Source: Rhizaria sp. SCN 62-66 (taxonomy: Eukaryota). From it: 64,000 nucleotides of DNA. Within the stretch, counting starts at the first letter, position 1, and the number at the start of each line of letters is the position of its first letter. This document shows, in pieces, positions 11,101-20,359 of this stretch. The stretch covers positions 1-64,000 of the forward strand of contig MEDY01000100.1 of the NCBI GenBank assembly GCA_001724265.1, read 5' to 3'. The notes beneath the pieces were generated by a model. That model ran no database searches and had not been told where the DNA came from. It saw only the letters and a list, made by a program, of their open reading frames with translations. The position numbers were made by a program, and so were the translations under genes.

Positions 11101-14100
11101 AGCGGCGGAGCGAGAGGCGGAGGCGGGGTACATGTGGCGCGTGGCGAGGGACGCGACGAGCGCGATGTCGGCGGCCGTCACGAGCCCGCTGTCGGCGCCC
11201 TTGACCGCGGCGGCACTCGCGCTGCTCGCGGTCACCGTGGTGGCGAGCAGGGCGGGGTTGAGCACGAGTACCACGTGCACGGCCTCGGCCAGCGGGCTCA
11301 CGCGCGCCGACAACTCGGCGCTGCTCGAGGCCGCGTCGCCTGACTCGGACTCGGCCTGCTCGAACTGGGAGACGGCGAGTGCGAGCGCGCCGAAGAGGGG
11401 GCGGACGAGCGCGCGCGACTGCTTGACCGCGGCCGAACCGGCCGTGGTGAGCGCGCGCGTCAGCAGCGGCACGGCCGTCGCCATCAGCGCGGGCATCGCG
11501 GCCGCAGACGCGGCGCCCGCCTTCTTACCGCCGGTGCTCGCGGCGAGGGGCGTGATGTGGGGCAGGAAGAGCGCGGCGGGGAGGCGCGCGCCCGCGGCCG
11601 AGGTGGGCTCGATGAGGTACGCGACGACGGCCTCGACCACGGTCACGGGGGCCGTGGCCAGCGCCACGTGCGCCTGTGACAGAAGCGTCACCTTGCTCAC
11701 GGCCGACTCGCTGTCCTCATCGCCGTCGTCGTCACTGTCACCGTTGCTGTTGGAGGCGGCGAGGAGCAGGAGCGCGTCGAAGAGCGCCTGCTGCGCGGCG
11801 GGAGTGCCCGCCAGCGCGCGCAGGGCCCCGGGCGCGGCGCGGGCGAGGGCGTCCACGGCTGCCGCGGCAAAGCAGAAGCGCAGCGTCAGCAGCGACCCAG
11901 GCGCGGCGCCGGCGGCCAGCGGCAGCGCGCAGCGGGGGCCGGCCTTGAGCAGTGCCAGCACCGCGGCGAGGGACGCCGGCGCGGCGGCGAGCGCCGGGAG
12001 GTCCGAGAGCGCGAGCGGCAGCAGCGCCGAGTCGACAAGCGTGCGCACCGTCACGGCGTGGAGGCCGGCCGCGATCGCCACCGCGGGCGCAGACAGCGCG
12101 CTCTCAGTTTGACTCTGACTGGCGCCGGAGTGGGCGCCGGGGAGCAGCGCGAGGGCGGCGACGGCGGCTGCGGGCAGCGCGGGCACGGCGGCGAGCGCGG
12201 CGCGGGCTGCGGGGTCCGCGCAGAGCGGCGCGAACAGCGACGCCGCCAGCGCCGTGTGGCACGGGGACGCGCCGACACCGCCACTGGGGCCGGCAGCCGC
12301 GGCCTTCTTGCTGCTCGCGGCGGAGAGCCAGGAGGAGAGGAAGGGCGCGAACACGGTGGCGAGGGCGTGGGCCTCGCTCACGGTCAGTGACGCCGAGTCG
12401 ACAGCGCTGCTGACGTCATCGTTCTCGTCGCTCATAGCGGTCACCGCGCCCTTCTTGCCGCCCTTCTTGGCGGGCACAGCGGCGGCAGCGGCGGCGGTCT
12501 CTGCGGTGGCCGAGAGCGCGGCAGTGACGAGCGCGACGCCGACGGCCGCGCCCTCGGCCAGCGCCAGTTCCGGCGCGGCGGCGGCGACGGCGTCGAGCAG
12601 CTTGCCCGCGCCCGCCCAGGCCGACACATCGGTCGCACCTGCGGCGGCCGCGGCGGCGGCGTGCGCGGCGACGTGCGGCCGCAGCGCCGCTAGCAGCGCC
12701 AGCGCCGCCGCGGCGGGCACGGCCACGCTGGCGCCGCTGCCGCTGCCGCTGCTGGAGCCGGTGCTGCTGGTGCTGCTGGCGGCAGGGCGGGAGAGCAGCG
12801 CGCCGAGGGCGAGCACGAGCAGCTCGGCTAGCGCGGCCGGGGCCGCCACGGCGCTCGCGCTGACCGAGGCCGCCGAGACAGAGGCGCGCAGCAGCGCAGT
12901 GAGGTGGGCCAGCGCGGCTGCCGCGGCTGCCGCGGCGCGGGCGGGGTCCACCAACGCGGGCGAGGACGACAGCGCCGCCGACAGCATGCCGCGCGCGGCG
13001 GCCGCGGCGGGGGACACGGAGGCGTCGGCAGCCGTCTCAGCGCTAGAGCCGCTGCTGCTGCTGCTGCTGCTGCTGGCGGAAGCAGAGGCGAGGGCAGCGG
13101 CGGGGAAGGCCGCGGTGGGCACGAGCAGCGCCAGCGGGAGACTGGCCGAAGCGGAGCCGCCGCCGGGGACGCGGGAGGCGAGCAGGGCCCACAGGGCCTC
13201 GGCGCCCACGCGCACGCTGCACACGGGCCCGCTCACGGTCACCGCAGAGCTGGCGCCGTGGGAGCTGGATGCGGCAAGGAGGTAGGAGCCGTCGCCGGCG
13301 GCGCTGGCGGGCGCCCAGAGTCCGGCCGCGGGCTGCAGCAGCGTGAGGTACAGGCTCGCGACAACGCCCGCCGCGGCGGCCTCGCCGCAGCCCGCGCCGC
13401 CGCCGACGGCGGCCGCGGCGGCCTCGGCGAGTTCGCCGGCCGTGGCCAGGGCGCGGGGCGCCGTGGCGGCGGCGACGACGGCGTTGGCAACGGCGGCGCC
13501 CCAGCGCAGGTCCGTGCCCGCGGCGGCGGCGGCGGCGGGCGCGGGCAGAGAGGCGAGCGCGGCGGCGGCGGCGGCGCGCAGCAGTGCGCTCAGTGACGCC
13601 GGGGCAGCGGTTGCCGCGGTCAGGACGAACTTGCCCGCACCGGCGCCGCCAGTGCTGCTAGAGGCGGCCTTGCCCTTCTTGGCGACAGTCTCACCAGCGC
13701 CGGCGGCGGTGTAGACGGGGAGGGCGACCGTGCTCGCCTCGGCGGCAGCGGCGCCCGTGGCCGCGGTGGCGGCGGCGGTGTCGATGGCGGCGCCGGCGGC
13801 GGTCGCGCGGGTCAGCACCGCGGTCACGGCGGCGGCCACCGCGCCCGTGGCGGCGGCGGAGTCGGCACTGGCGCTATTGGCGAGGAACATGGCGGCGGCA
13901 GCGAGCGCGATGCGCTGCACGGCCGAGGGCAGCACGCCCAGGACCTGGGGCGCAGCGGGCGCGGCCGTAGCCGAGGCGCCCGCGGGGAACGACGGCACGG
14001 GCAGCGCAGGGTAGGGCCGCAGCAGCAGTGCGCGCAGGGCCGCCACGGGGCTGGCGCTGGTAGCCTTGGCCTTAGAGGAGGTGGTGAAGAGCGCGGTGGC

Positions 14101-17100
14101 GAAGGCGGCGGGCACGCACAGAGCATGCGCACTGCTGTCGGAACCCGAGCCGCTCACGGTCGCGGCGAGGGGCGCGAGGAGGGCGAGCAGAGACTTGTAC
14201 TCCGTCTCAGCCTCAGACTCCTCAGCCTCGTCGTCGCCCATCGACTCAGCGCTACTGGTGGCGCTCTCGAGCGCGGTCACGAGGGTGACGGTGAGCGGGA
14301 GCGCCTTGCCGGGCAGCGCGGCGAGCGCGGGCGCCGTGGCCGCGGCGGTGGGCACTGCGGGCAGGCGCGCGAGCGCGGCCAGCGCCTTGGACAGCGCCGA
14401 GCCCACCGCCACGGGGTGCAGCGCGTTGCGCACGGCAGCGGCGCCGGAGCCAGAGCCAGAGGCAGATTGGCGGACGGCGGCAGCCTCGAGGAAGAAGGGC
14501 AGGAGCGCGGCGGCGGCGGGGGCGCGCAGCGGGCAGCCGTCCTCGCCGGTCACGGGCAGCGCGGGCAGGTAGGCCGACAGGAAGGCCAGGACCGCTGTGA
14601 CCACGGTCACGGCGCCCAGCGGCGAGTGCACGGACCGCGCAGACACGGCCGCGTCGGGCTCCAGCGGCGCCAGCGCGGCCAGCGCGGCGGGCGTCGCGGC
14701 CGCGGCGGCCGTGGCGAGCGGGTTGGGCCCCGCCGCGACGCCCAGCGCGGCGAAGGCGCGGGTGAGGAGCGCGCTTAGTGCGGGCAGCAGCGCTGCGGGC
14801 GGCACCACGGCCGTGTCGGCCAGCGCGCCCACGGCCAGCACGCGCGCTAGCACGGGCACCGACGAGTCGAAGCGCAGGCGCGTCAGCAGCTGCGCCGTCA
14901 CGTCCGACGCGGACAGCAGCGCGGCGCCGGCGGCCACAGTCGTCGTGCTAGTAGGGCTGGAGTCGGAGGTGGACTTGCTCTCCTCCTCCGCGGCGGCGGC
15001 GGCCTCAGCCTCGTCGTCGTCATCGTCGGCGGAGGGCGCGAGCAGGGGCGCGGACAGAAACGAGAGGTCAATGTCGTCGTCGTCGGTCGCGGCCGCCGCC
15101 GTGAGGGCGCTAGCGACCGCGGCGGCGGTGGCGGACACCTTGCCGCCCTCCTTCTTGCCCGCGGCGGCACCCTTGTTGCCCTTGGCGGGGGCCTTGCGGA
15201 TGAGCGCAGCGGCCATCTCATCAAGTTTAGCTACGGCGGCCACACGCACGGCGTCCCCGCTCTTGCCGCCCGCCCCGGCACCGCCCTGGAGCGCAAGCAG
15301 CAGGGTCGTCTCGGCGCGCGCGAGCACTTCGTGGCGCGTGCCGTGGAAGACCTCCTGCAGCAGGCGCAGCAGCAGAGCGCGCGCGGGGATCGCGCCGCCC
15401 GCGCCGGCGGCCGCGGCCGAGGCCGGCACGGCGACGCCTAACTCCTCGACGAGCACCAGCGGCGCGAAGATGCGCGCCGTCGCCGGGTCCGCCGCGGCGG
15501 CCGTGAGCTCGGCCAGTGCGACGTCCATGAGCGCCGGGTGCAGTGCGTCTAGGTCCAGCAGCAGCGAGCGCAGCGCTGCGCTGTGCACCGTCTTGGACCA
15601 CACTGTGGCGGCGGCGGCGGCGGCGGGCTTGCCCGGTTTGGAGCGGGCCTCCTTGTGCGCGGCCTCGGCGGCCATGTGGGCCGTCATGGCGGGGATGAAG
15701 CCGCGGAGAACCCAGAGCACGACCCACGAGAAGCGCGGCTTGATGTCCACCGTCGCGATCACGGCGCGGAACGACGCGATCATGCGGCTGTTCAGAGGGA
15801 AGCTCTCCACAGCAGCAGTGCTGGCATTGGCATTGGCACCGCTGGCGGCAGCGGCAGTGGCGGCGGCGGGGCGCGTGGAGAGGAAGGAGCCGCAGAAGGC
15901 CTGCAGCACGGGCCAGAGCAGCGCCGTGGTGTCGTACTTGGCGGCCAGCGCGGCCAGAGCCTCCGGCAGCGCGGCGAGCTTGGCGAGGAAGTTGAAGGCG
16001 TGCGTGGGGAACACGGACACGGCGCCCGTCACGAACGACGCGTCGGCCACGGCCGCGGCCGCCTTCTTGTTCGACGCCGCGCGGGGCACGTTCGCTGCAG
16101 CAGCGGCGTCGCCACCAGCGTTGCTGCTGGCGCTGGCGTTGGCGTTGGAGGCGGTGAGAATGGCGACGCTGTTGTTGTACTGGTTAGCGTCGGTGAGGAC
16201 GGCGCGCTGCGACTCGAACAGCGCGAGTAGACAGGGCAGCGGGAACAGCAGCGACTGCGCCGACGCGTCCACGGGTACGTGCTTGCACAGCGCGTGGAGC
16301 AGATCCGACAGCACACGCGGCCGCAGGTGCGCGCGCGAGGCAAGCTGCGCCAGGATCATGTAGCTCGCGGTCTGCGCCTCGGGGTGGCGGGCCGCGGCCA
16401 GGCCCTGGACCAGCGAGGGGATGAGCGTGGCGACCAGGTCGTCCGAGACGCGGTCCACCGAGGCCAGCACGTCGACCACGGTCGCGGCGTAGAGGTGCAG
16501 CGCCTTGGGATTGCTGGGCGGGGCAGTCACCACGCCCAGCGCGGTGAGGTAGGCCTGCAGCCCGGGCGCGGCGATCGTCGGCCGCGAGAGATTCGTGCAG
16601 ATAAATGCCAGCACGGCCGGGTCGGCCAGGCAGCGGCGCACGAGCGTGGCGCGCGCGAGCGGCGTCTGCGCCTTTTGTGCGGGCTTGAGGAAGGACCACA
16701 GGGGGGTGCGGTCGAGGTTGAGCAGGTAAAGCATGCGCGAGAAAAAGGGGTGCTCGTGGAAGGGCAGGATGCACTCGAGCACGGCCTCAACGTTCTGCTC
16801 GTGGATGCTGTAACAGCGGATCAGGAACTCGAGGCACTTGTGTGCAGCCTTGTCCAGGAAGTGCGGGGACAGGATGCGGAGGAAGCAGGTCAACGACGCG
16901 TCGAGCTGCTTGCGCTCCTCCGACGAGAGGTTGGCGATGTGCGAGGGCTCGGGGATGCGCGCAAAGAGCGTCTTCTCGAAGGCGACGAAGACTTGGTTGA
17001 CCTTGACGAGCTCGAGCAGGCCGTTGCGGGCGAGGTTGAAGATGGTCTGCGAGTCGGTGTCCGAGGCTGTGCGCTGGTCGAAGAGGAACGACGGGCGCAC

Positions 17101-17172
17101 GCGCGTCGCGGGCTCGTTCGTGTTGTCCGAGCCGGCGAGCACGCGCAGCTGCGCGGCGAGGGCCAAAGACAT
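5176..17172 (-). CDS. HEATR1: HEAT repeat-containing protein 1 / U3 snoRNP protein Utp10, 3998 aa, single coding exon
   Basis: N-terminal LAAQL...PSFLFD...IFNLARNGLLEL...FLRILSPHFLDKAAHKCLEFLIRCYSIH...ILPFHE; ASYMILAQL motif; C-terminal BP28CT-like VAFILKLDEDNLKQLF and EEFLLLLPKVVPAIAERMQD...VEKLAQDVVKTIEALAGESISEYL. Confidence 0.93.
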   Translation of the reverse strand: MSLALAAQLRVLAGSDNTNEPATRVRPSFLFDQRTASDTDSQTIFNLARNGLLELVKVNQVFVAFEKTLFARIPEPSHIANLSSEERKQLDASLTCFLRILSPHFLDKAAHKCLEFLIRCYSIHEQNVEAVLECILPFHEHPFFSRMLYLLNLDRTPLWSFLKPAQKAQTPLARATLVRRCLADPAVLAFICTNLSRPTIAAPGLQAYLTALGVVTAPPSNPKALHLYAATVVDVLASVDRVSDDLVATLIPSLVQGLAAARHPEAQTASYMILAQLASRAHLRPRVLSDLLHALCKHVPVDASAQSLLFPLPCLLALFESQRAVLTDANQYNNSVAILTASNANASASSNAGGDAAAAANVPRAASNKKAAAAVADASFVTGAVSVFPTHAFNFLAKLAALPEALAALAAKYDTTALLWPVLQAFCGSFLSTRPAAATAAAASGANANASTAAVESFPLNSRMIASFRAVIATVDIKPRFSWVVLWVLRGFIPAMTAHMAAEAAHKEARSKPGKPAAAAAATVWSKTVHSAALRSLLLDLDALHPALMDVALAELTAAAADPATARIFAPLVLVEELGVAVPASAAAAGAGGAIPARALLLRLLQEVFHGTRHEVLARAETTLLLALQGGAGAGGKSGDAVRVAAVAKLDEMAAALIRKAPAKGNKGAAAGKKEGGKVSATAAAVASALTAAAATDDDDIDLSFLSAPLLAPSADDDDDEAEAAAAAEEESKSTSDSSPTSTTTVAAGAALLSASDVTAQLLTRLRFDSSVPVLARVLAVGALADTAVVPPAALLPALSALLTRAFAALGVAAGPNPLATAAAAATPAALAALAPLEPDAAVSARSVHSPLGAVTVVTAVLAFLSAYLPALPVTGEDGCPLRAPAAAALLPFFLEAAAVRQSASGSGSGAAAVRNALHPVAVGSALSKALAALARLPAVPTAAATAPALAALPGKALPLTVTLVTALESATSSAESMGDDEAEESEAETEYKSLLALLAPLAATVSGSGSDSSAHALCVPAAFATALFTTSSKAKATSASPVAALRALLLRPYPALPVPSFPAGASATAAPAAPQVLGVLPSAVQRIALAAAAMFLANSASADSAAATGAVAAAVTAVLTRATAAGAAIDTAAATAATGAAAAEASTVALPVYTAAGAGETVAKKGKAASSSTGGAGAGKFVLTAATAAPASLSALLRAAAAAALASLPAPAAAAAAGTDLRWGAAVANAVVAAATAPRALATAGELAEAAAAAVGGGAGCGEAAAAGVVASLYLTLLQPAAGLWAPASAAGDGSYLLAASSSHGASSAVTVSGPVCSVRVGAEALWALLASRVPGGGSASASLPLALLVPTAAFPAAALASASASSSSSSSSGSSAETAADASVSPAAAAARGMLSAALSSSPALVDPARAAAAAAAALAHLTALLRASVSAASVSASAVAAPAALAELLVLALGALLSRPAASSTSSTGSSSGSGSGASVAVPAAAALALLAALRPHVAAHAAAAAAAGATDVSAWAGAGKLLDAVAAAAPELALAEGAAVGVALVTAALSATAETAAAAAAVPAKKGGKKGAVTAMSDENDDVSSAVDSASLTVSEAHALATVFAPFLSSWLSAASSKKAAAAGPSGGVGASPCHTALAASLFAPLCADPAARAALAAVPALPAAAVAALALLPGAHSGASQSQTESALSAPAVAIAAGLHAVTVRTLVDSALLPLALSDLPALAAAPASLAAVLALLKAGPRCALPLAAGAAPGSLLTLRFCFAAAAVDALARAAPGALRALAGTPAAQQALFDALLLLAASNSNGDSDDDGDEDSESAVSKVTLLSQAHVALATAPVTVVEAVVAYLIEPTSAAGARLPAALFLPHITPLAASTGGKKAGAASAAAMPALMATAVPLLTRALTTAGSAAVKQSRALVRPLFGALALAVSQFEQAESESGDAASSSAELSARVSPLAEAVHVVLVLNPALLATTVTASSASAAAVKGADSGLVTAADIALVASLATRHMYPASASRSAAAGAATTGGTALVSAAVVLSSNVATVTTDAILLSARTRARDAALQLLALVAAHAPALAAPHVLPLASAAVAAVAAEEAAAKALGFPFPSTTRAFVRSAQHTAGAGSHAGNANNSDDDDDDSAATVYGEGNGDDEDDDESAGKHGAAVSASAAAAARASQHPASAPSRVVVPGSQLDVALRLLRSVAAPALAPAPVLPLDAAVARTPAAAHPAHAALRGAQALLLGLGAVATTAAATRAEAEAADTLASLLDLTAAAEGDSEPAALAALVDVNSAAAVAADEAALPPGLPSLAAAARVLPAASALLHALAAASNGSTSGVKVDAASRLLLLAAGARAGAGCARVESREVARLAARAQTAVAEAEEESKGGMFDADELAILNGDDGSDDEDNDDDEDDEDDSEYSEESRAAAAKKARSRSASALAKALARLARLSASAATAGAARTGAASVLPLLAVHALRAARLGANAAAPAFTAPLSSADTAASASTAAGSAGVGAVGSDAAGYDGAVAARVPPSVIAAAVVALLAAALTAPGKAAGAGKASGAVTASATATAVSAARALLGAFPAHAQAAAMAAMVAYALSAGPNNGGDSADAGVSALALVLPAPSPVPSAVIAAPVACAALRAAVLSVVASAAAHPAFTAQLARISHLAATTNIAVANGGGSVEESAACEFRFVSQSFAVLTARLLSMSTLVDAITLPATGDADTVSLGSPTSTAVAAANGTEEAVQHHWRSLGASASATLTALSATLATQHFAAVFKSLFALSLRPGATPGSAAALTLPVPVAAVAAAGPAAVASVAAASARTGASASANSAVFTPARRVIVKRLLLLVIERVRTERQRAHAEAFLHLVSNKGTALAKQRRRAGGSADSDNDEADGDNASDDDDDADDDDEIDVALLTDAAEFAHLDAAGRRAARRKLWLAQMRRRQRALTSIVPALTTQLIAPFLAQHAAAAGVKDVLAKWRLTVDDGSVDDNGDDVAAVAAGEDMENLQAALLCVDELSDVACLLSAPTTAPAAALAALSAATVGGVKRAFALPAALTASLLDVYALVLRVAVVAANGTFLPQQHSAVTTATVSKSSKKGSAAAPAGVSVAGPGVEQWALLLSSSLLCVATLAARCGIRSLKHLSHLAPLAIAVLDKTADLDNAVNTIDDSDDDDVSAQKKSRALTESGSAAESLSAASRATLQLSSLAVLDAVIRSFPQFLEPYLPALLSALLRPTLPERSALSAADLRFATVAGAAAATAGAAATDATGAGAASSPANGGTQSNADASAYAASGLVSTCLHTAAVCISPRVLLPPLLSAWHGAISPLTGGAVSAARLLALVARVAETLTPMGARRVTARRSAAYGGDGDGDGDDGAMAEVFEFAAAGLDGTAAFGDDDDADAFDLSDNDERGVEKYYDALVQFFTNAMDLRRQFEQATLQATRAALAKSGGKNSGSSASASTDAFAALFAGVGATVRGSKSSAAMVAAAVAHKKHVSLHTSLLPFAWAERSASAEAAAAEPARAHTGNVWADASLLSVERGLVDAMVAFILKLDEDNLKQLFAAMTEWVTAHGSPVEDATAAAAAAAAQSTFAYGSGRSSNSGQHDDEDDDAASSAGAGAAAKSSDPFAENGTDVSLSRALPYLRLAQQLARSLRHIFTPYLLPQLPLLTAYLAAPARLGKKQRALIKLVAKTDAKVLKLSLAAGGKKAAAVLKGKKGKRRAGDSDSDDDADDADDGGKSGSAAAADDEDEEVRTARAFLRRRQNLQIWRAQAASLALGALTGAVEADTVLAKGMGGQTVNIINKDALEKLVPVVCAQLEVGHTVRMPDSGATSTTDSSSGSGALTGTVTLPAAAVAQDRLLAYPAFAEDVLIPCLGAISEHLGYSGPAVWDTLATCTMNHMGQYQHTRSAATGSAAANPSMVRFAALRALHEYFLRNKEEFLLLLPKVVPAIAERMQDANVLVEKLAQDVVKTIEALAGESISEYLN

Positions 17173-17996
17173 CAGCGACGGGGGGCGGGCGGCGGCGACT
17201 GCGGCGCGGGTGTGTGGAAAGGAAGTAGTGGTGAGGTTGGGTCGGTTAGTGCAGCGAGCAAGAGGCTGGCGCTAAGCGAACGGGGGAAAAGAAAATAAGG
17301 GACTGAGAGCTGCGAGACGCGGCTGTTGGAGAGCTATAGAGGCAAGGTATTGCAGGGTACAATTATGAGAGGAGCCGGGTCGGTGAGAAAGAGAACGGGA
17401 CATGAAACGAGAGGGTGAGCAAATAGCAGTTGTTATCCCGAATGAGCCCACGGGGCAGAGGCTCCTGCGCGGGCGGACCGACAAGCATAGTCATGAAAAT
17501 TATGAATCTATTTAGCACAGATCATAGACTAATCAAAAATCTTTGTTAGATTGCTATTGGCAATATAACTGGTGCGCAAGACGGCAAACGCGTACTCGCC
17601 TCTCGACCACTGCGTCCACGGACCAAAACCCTTAGAGCGCCGCCCACGGTCACTCTGCAGTCTGTCTTGTCTCACAGTCAGTGTTGGCAATGCTCTGGAA
17701 GGCGTACGGCACCAGAGTGCCTGGCTCTATCTTCTCCGTCGATTGTTATCATTCACCCATGGTTGCTATTTTCCGCAAACTTTCTATTTAAATTTGTTAT
17801 CTACACTCCTGCGCAGTCGCGTCTTCCCCTTATACCCGATGCCTTAAAAGCACGCCTCACCGTGTCTTCTCGCGAAGACCGACCGCTCACATCCCCGTTC
17901 TCCCAACGTGCAATTCTTTTTGAATACTGAATTATGACACTAATCCTCAAACCATGCAACTTTGTTTTTCTATTTTTGTTATTCTCGCTGCCACAG
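17173..17996. promoter_or_regulatory. Divergent intergenic region between HEATR1 and GRWD1 (putative bidirectional promoter)
   Basis: Head-to-head ATGs about 820 nt apart. Each is preceded by a CTAAY branch-like motif, a pyrimidine tract and CAG. Confidence 0.5.
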
Positions 17997-19834
17997 ATGT
18001 CCAACTCGCTGCGCAAGAAGGACAACCGGTCTCGCGTCTCAGGCGAGCACGCCCCCGCCCCGTCCTCGAAGCGCCGCGGCGCGTCCGACAACAAGGGTGG
18101 CAACGGCGGCGACGACGAGGAGGATGGCAACGAGCTCGAGGACGAAGCGGACCTCGAGTTTGAGGACCCCTTCGGCGATGAGTTCGAGGAGGAGATCATC
18201 GTGGACGGCGACAGCGAGGAGGCCCGCGCCGACGCCGCGCGCTACGAGCCCGGTGGCGAGGGCGCCCCGGCGTCGACGCAGCGCGTGTGGCGCGCGGGGC
18301 TCGACCCGATCGGCGAGGACGAGGTGCTGGACCACGACCCCACGGCGTACACGCTCTTCCACAAGCTCAAGGTCGAGTGGCCGTGTCTGTCGATCGACAT
18401 CCTGCGCGACTCGCTGGGCGCGTACCGCACCAAGCTGCCCGCGGCGCTGTACATGGTTGCCGGCTCCCAGGCCGACGACGCCGGCAAGAACAAGGTCTCG
18501 CTGCTCAAAATCACGAACCTGTGCCGCACGTCGCTGCCCGACGAGGACGAGGACGACGACGACGACGATGACGAGGACGGCGCCGCGGGCCAGGACCCTC
18601 TGGTCGAGGCGCGCGCCTTCAAGCACCCCGGCGGCGTGAACCGCATCCGCGCGATGCCGCAGCAGCCGTCGCTCGTGGCCACGTGGGCCGACACGGGCGC
18701 CGTGCACCTGTGGAACATGTCTGCGCACTCGGCCAGCATCGACGCGCCCACCGAGGTCTTCGAGGCCAACAACAAGCCCATGGCCTCGATGCTCTCCTTC
18801 GAGGGTCACGGCAGCGAGGGCTTCGCGCTCGACTGGTCGCACGTCGCCGCGGGCCGCCTCGCTTCGGGCTGCTGCGGCGGCAAAATCTTCCTCTACACTG
18901 TTGACCCCGCAGGCGCCGTCACCGTCGACGCCGCGCCCTTCAACGTCCACGAGGGCGCCTCGGTCGAGGACATCCAGTGGTCCGCCACCGAGGAGTTCAT
19001 CTTCGCCGCGGGCGCCACCGACGGCACGGTGCGCATTTTCGACTCGCGCGCATATGCCCGCGGGCGCCACATGCTGTCGGTCAAGTGCCACGACGCCGAC
19101 GTCAACGTCATCTCGTGGAACCGTAACGGCGACGGCAGCATGCTCGCGTCGGGCGGTGACGACGGCCGTCTGCGCGTGTGGGACCTGCGGTACTTCTCTC
19201 AGACCTCGGTGCCGGCCGACTTCAATTACCACAAGAAGGCCATCACCTCGGTCCAGTGGCACCCGCACGAGGAGTCGGTGCTTATCGCATCCTCCGAGGA
19301 CGACTCCGTGTCCGTCTGGGACCTCGCGCTCGAGGCTGATGCAGAGGAGGTCGCGCGCGAGGCCACGGGCGCGCAGATGGTCGACTACTCGATCCCGCCA
19401 CAGCTGCTTTTCGTGCACATGGGCCAGACCCACATCAAGGAGGCCCACTTCCACCCCCAGGTACGTCTCTATTCACGTCTCTATTTGATGTCTATCAGAG
19501 GATATCTACAAGAATGATACTTTGTCACAACGAAATGTATCCATTTTCACTTGCTGTCACTTCATTTGGTGTCAAAAACATTCCCGTATTGCCTGACAAG
19601 GATCCACATTATGATATTTTATTTCCCGTTCTCACATTATCTCCCTTTCCTATGATCTCCGCAAACGCGTTTTTTTTTGCTGCTGCTGCACAGGTGCCTT
19701 CGCTGATTCTGACGACCGCATCTGAGGGCATCGACATCTTCAAGCCGGCCAACATGGACGTGCTGCTGCCGCCCGCCGCCGACGGCGCGGGTGCCGACGG
19801 CGCGGCCGCCGCTGACGGTGTCGCCGTCGACTAA
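17997..19834 (+). CDS. GRWD1: Glutamate-rich WD40 protein / ribosome assembly protein Rrb1, about 534 aa
   Basis: Exons 17997-19460 and 19694-19834. LEFEDPFGDEFEEE, DPTAYTLFHKLKVEWPCLSIDI, HPGGVNRIR, EGFALDWS, SVEDIQWS, DVNVISWN, PPQLLFVHMGQTHIKEAHFHPQ|VPSLILTTASEGIDIFKP. Confidence 0.93.
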
Positions 19835-20177
19835 GCACACAGTCCAGGCCCACGCAACGGCAAGGAACAATTTAATGTTCTGAATGATGCATGCGATGAC
19901 TTGTTGCTGTGGGATATCGTCTCTAAGTAGTTGTTTTATAAGAGTATGAGTATGAGTATAGTTCGATTTTGTTTTTGGTATGATATGTTTTTCGCAAGAT
20001 ATGTACAAGATAACATGACTCAGGATATTGTTACAATATATAATGTACAGATACACTAGCTAGTTACTTCTATCACATTTTTGATCGGAGATGTTATTGT
20101 TTGTGAACACTATGAGAACTTATGTAGTGTTTCTAGACTCCCGTGGCTGCAACACCGGATGGCACCCGTCAACCGAC

Positions 20178-20186
20178 TTTCGCGCC
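20178..20186 (+). promoter_or_regulatory. E2F-like site TTTCGCGCC upstream of POLA2
   Basis: Matches TTTSSCGC about 175 nt upstream of the ATG of a replication gene, in otherwise AT-rich DNA. Short motif, could be chance. Confidence 0.3.
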
Positions 20187-20359
20187 TTGCGAGGTTAGAC
20201 ATGTTTACATGTTCTGCGTGTCAATGCCGTCCGATATTATATCTATTTGACAATCATCCAGGGTGTATCACTAAGAATCCTAACTGTTCCAAATATTATA
20301 TGTCTCTAAACGATATCCCTGCTTCACGGTACATATTTTCCGACAGACAGCGCCCCACG

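Noticed and set aside
5180-17298. Many long + strand ORFs antisense to HEATR1 (e.g. 7073-9370, 14597-16363) and similar shadow ORFs over the channel and CFAP57
   Set aside because: Expected by-product of very GC-rich, codon-biased exons with few off-frame stops; no recognisable domains.
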